NCBI GenBank assembly: GCA_031367385.1
Contig: JANLPS010000253.1
Span: 1 to 50,702, forward strand
Length of the DNA: 50,702 nt
Direction of reading: 5' to 3'
Origin: Archangium sp.
Lineage (GTDB): Bacteria > Myxococcota > Myxococcia > Myxococcales > Myxococcaceae
The stretch's first letter is position 1. Every line of letters starts with the position of its first letter. Shown piece after piece: positions 50,301-50,702 of this stretch. The position numbers and the translations under genes are program-made. Below the pieces are notes generated by a model. That model was not told the DNA's origin, did not search any database, and saw only the letters and a program-made list of their open reading frames with translations.

Positions 50301-50666
50301 ATGTTTCCCTTGGCTCCCGAACCCGCCATTTCTCACCCGTTGCTCGCGTGCCTCGACGATTGGGCGCGCCACGGCGACGACGAAGGGTCTCCGCTGACCG
50401 GAGCGATCTCGATCGCGGTGAAGACGACGACCCAGGTCGAGTGCTGGGCGGCGGTGTTCAACAAAGATTTGACCTGGTGCGGAGCGGTCGAAGGCATCGC
50501 TCCCGATGCCGACGCGATCTGGGTCTTGAACGAGCTCGAAGCGAAGGCGTTGGTCGAGGGCCGTACTCCGACGAGCGGTGGCCAGGTGTTCGGCAAGACC
50601 GAGCTGCTCTCGGCCTTCATCTCGCGCTACTGCCGCTGGCCCGAAGTCGCCGAGGTCGCGCGATGA
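50301..50666 (+). CDS. Hypothetical protein, possibly SCP2-like fold
   Basis: ATG 50301; PDADAIWVL...LVEG...VFGKTELL loosely follows the SCP2 pattern. Confidence 0.55.
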   Translation: MFPLAPEPAISHPLLACLDDWARHGDDEGSPLTGAISIAVKTTTQVECWAAVFNKDLTWCGAVEGIAPDADAIWVLNELEAKALVEGRTPTSGGQVFGKTELLSAFISRYCRWPEVAEVAR

Positions 50667-50702
50667 TTCTCGCCAGAAACGTGCACTGGTTTCACACCGA
50701 GG
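50663..50702 (+). CDS. Start of a further CDS, truncated by window edge
   Basis: ATGA overlap with the previous stop; open frame MILARNVHWFHTE to the end of the window. Confidence 0.4.
   Translation, partial: MILARNVHWFHTE

Overview
High-GC window that looks myxobacterial (inferred from a DifA-like chemoreceptor, a Pkn-type kinase-AAA-TPR protein, Stig1/MXAN_6577-like Cys repeats and DAG-repeat linkers). It holds about 40 densely packed CDSs. Housekeeping genes include comF, trxB, radC, recQ, mfd, a PPIase, a PlsC-type acyltransferase, an SDR epimerase and a B12 radical SAM enzyme. These are interleaved with many secreted or lipoprotein hydrolases. No rRNA, tRNA, CRISPR array or mobile element is visible. 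Main points of interest: (1) An 11.4 kb divergent lipid-handling cluster (28939-40343). It combines an MMPL/RND pump, a LolA-like carrier, an outer-membrane barrel, an intact lipase next to a paralog lacking the catalytic Ser, a shared six-Cys module and two exported GMC oxidoreductases. (2) A structured, terminated intergenic RNA at ~7901-8068 that resembles the myxobacterial sRNA Pxr and hides a 14-codon ORF behind a sequestered Shine-Dalgarno. (3) A candidate ~78 nt sRNA at 40361-40438 (- strand) with a perfect sigma54 promoter. (4) A difA-like gene separated from the rest of the dif operon. All family calls come from motif recognition by eye; no searches were run.
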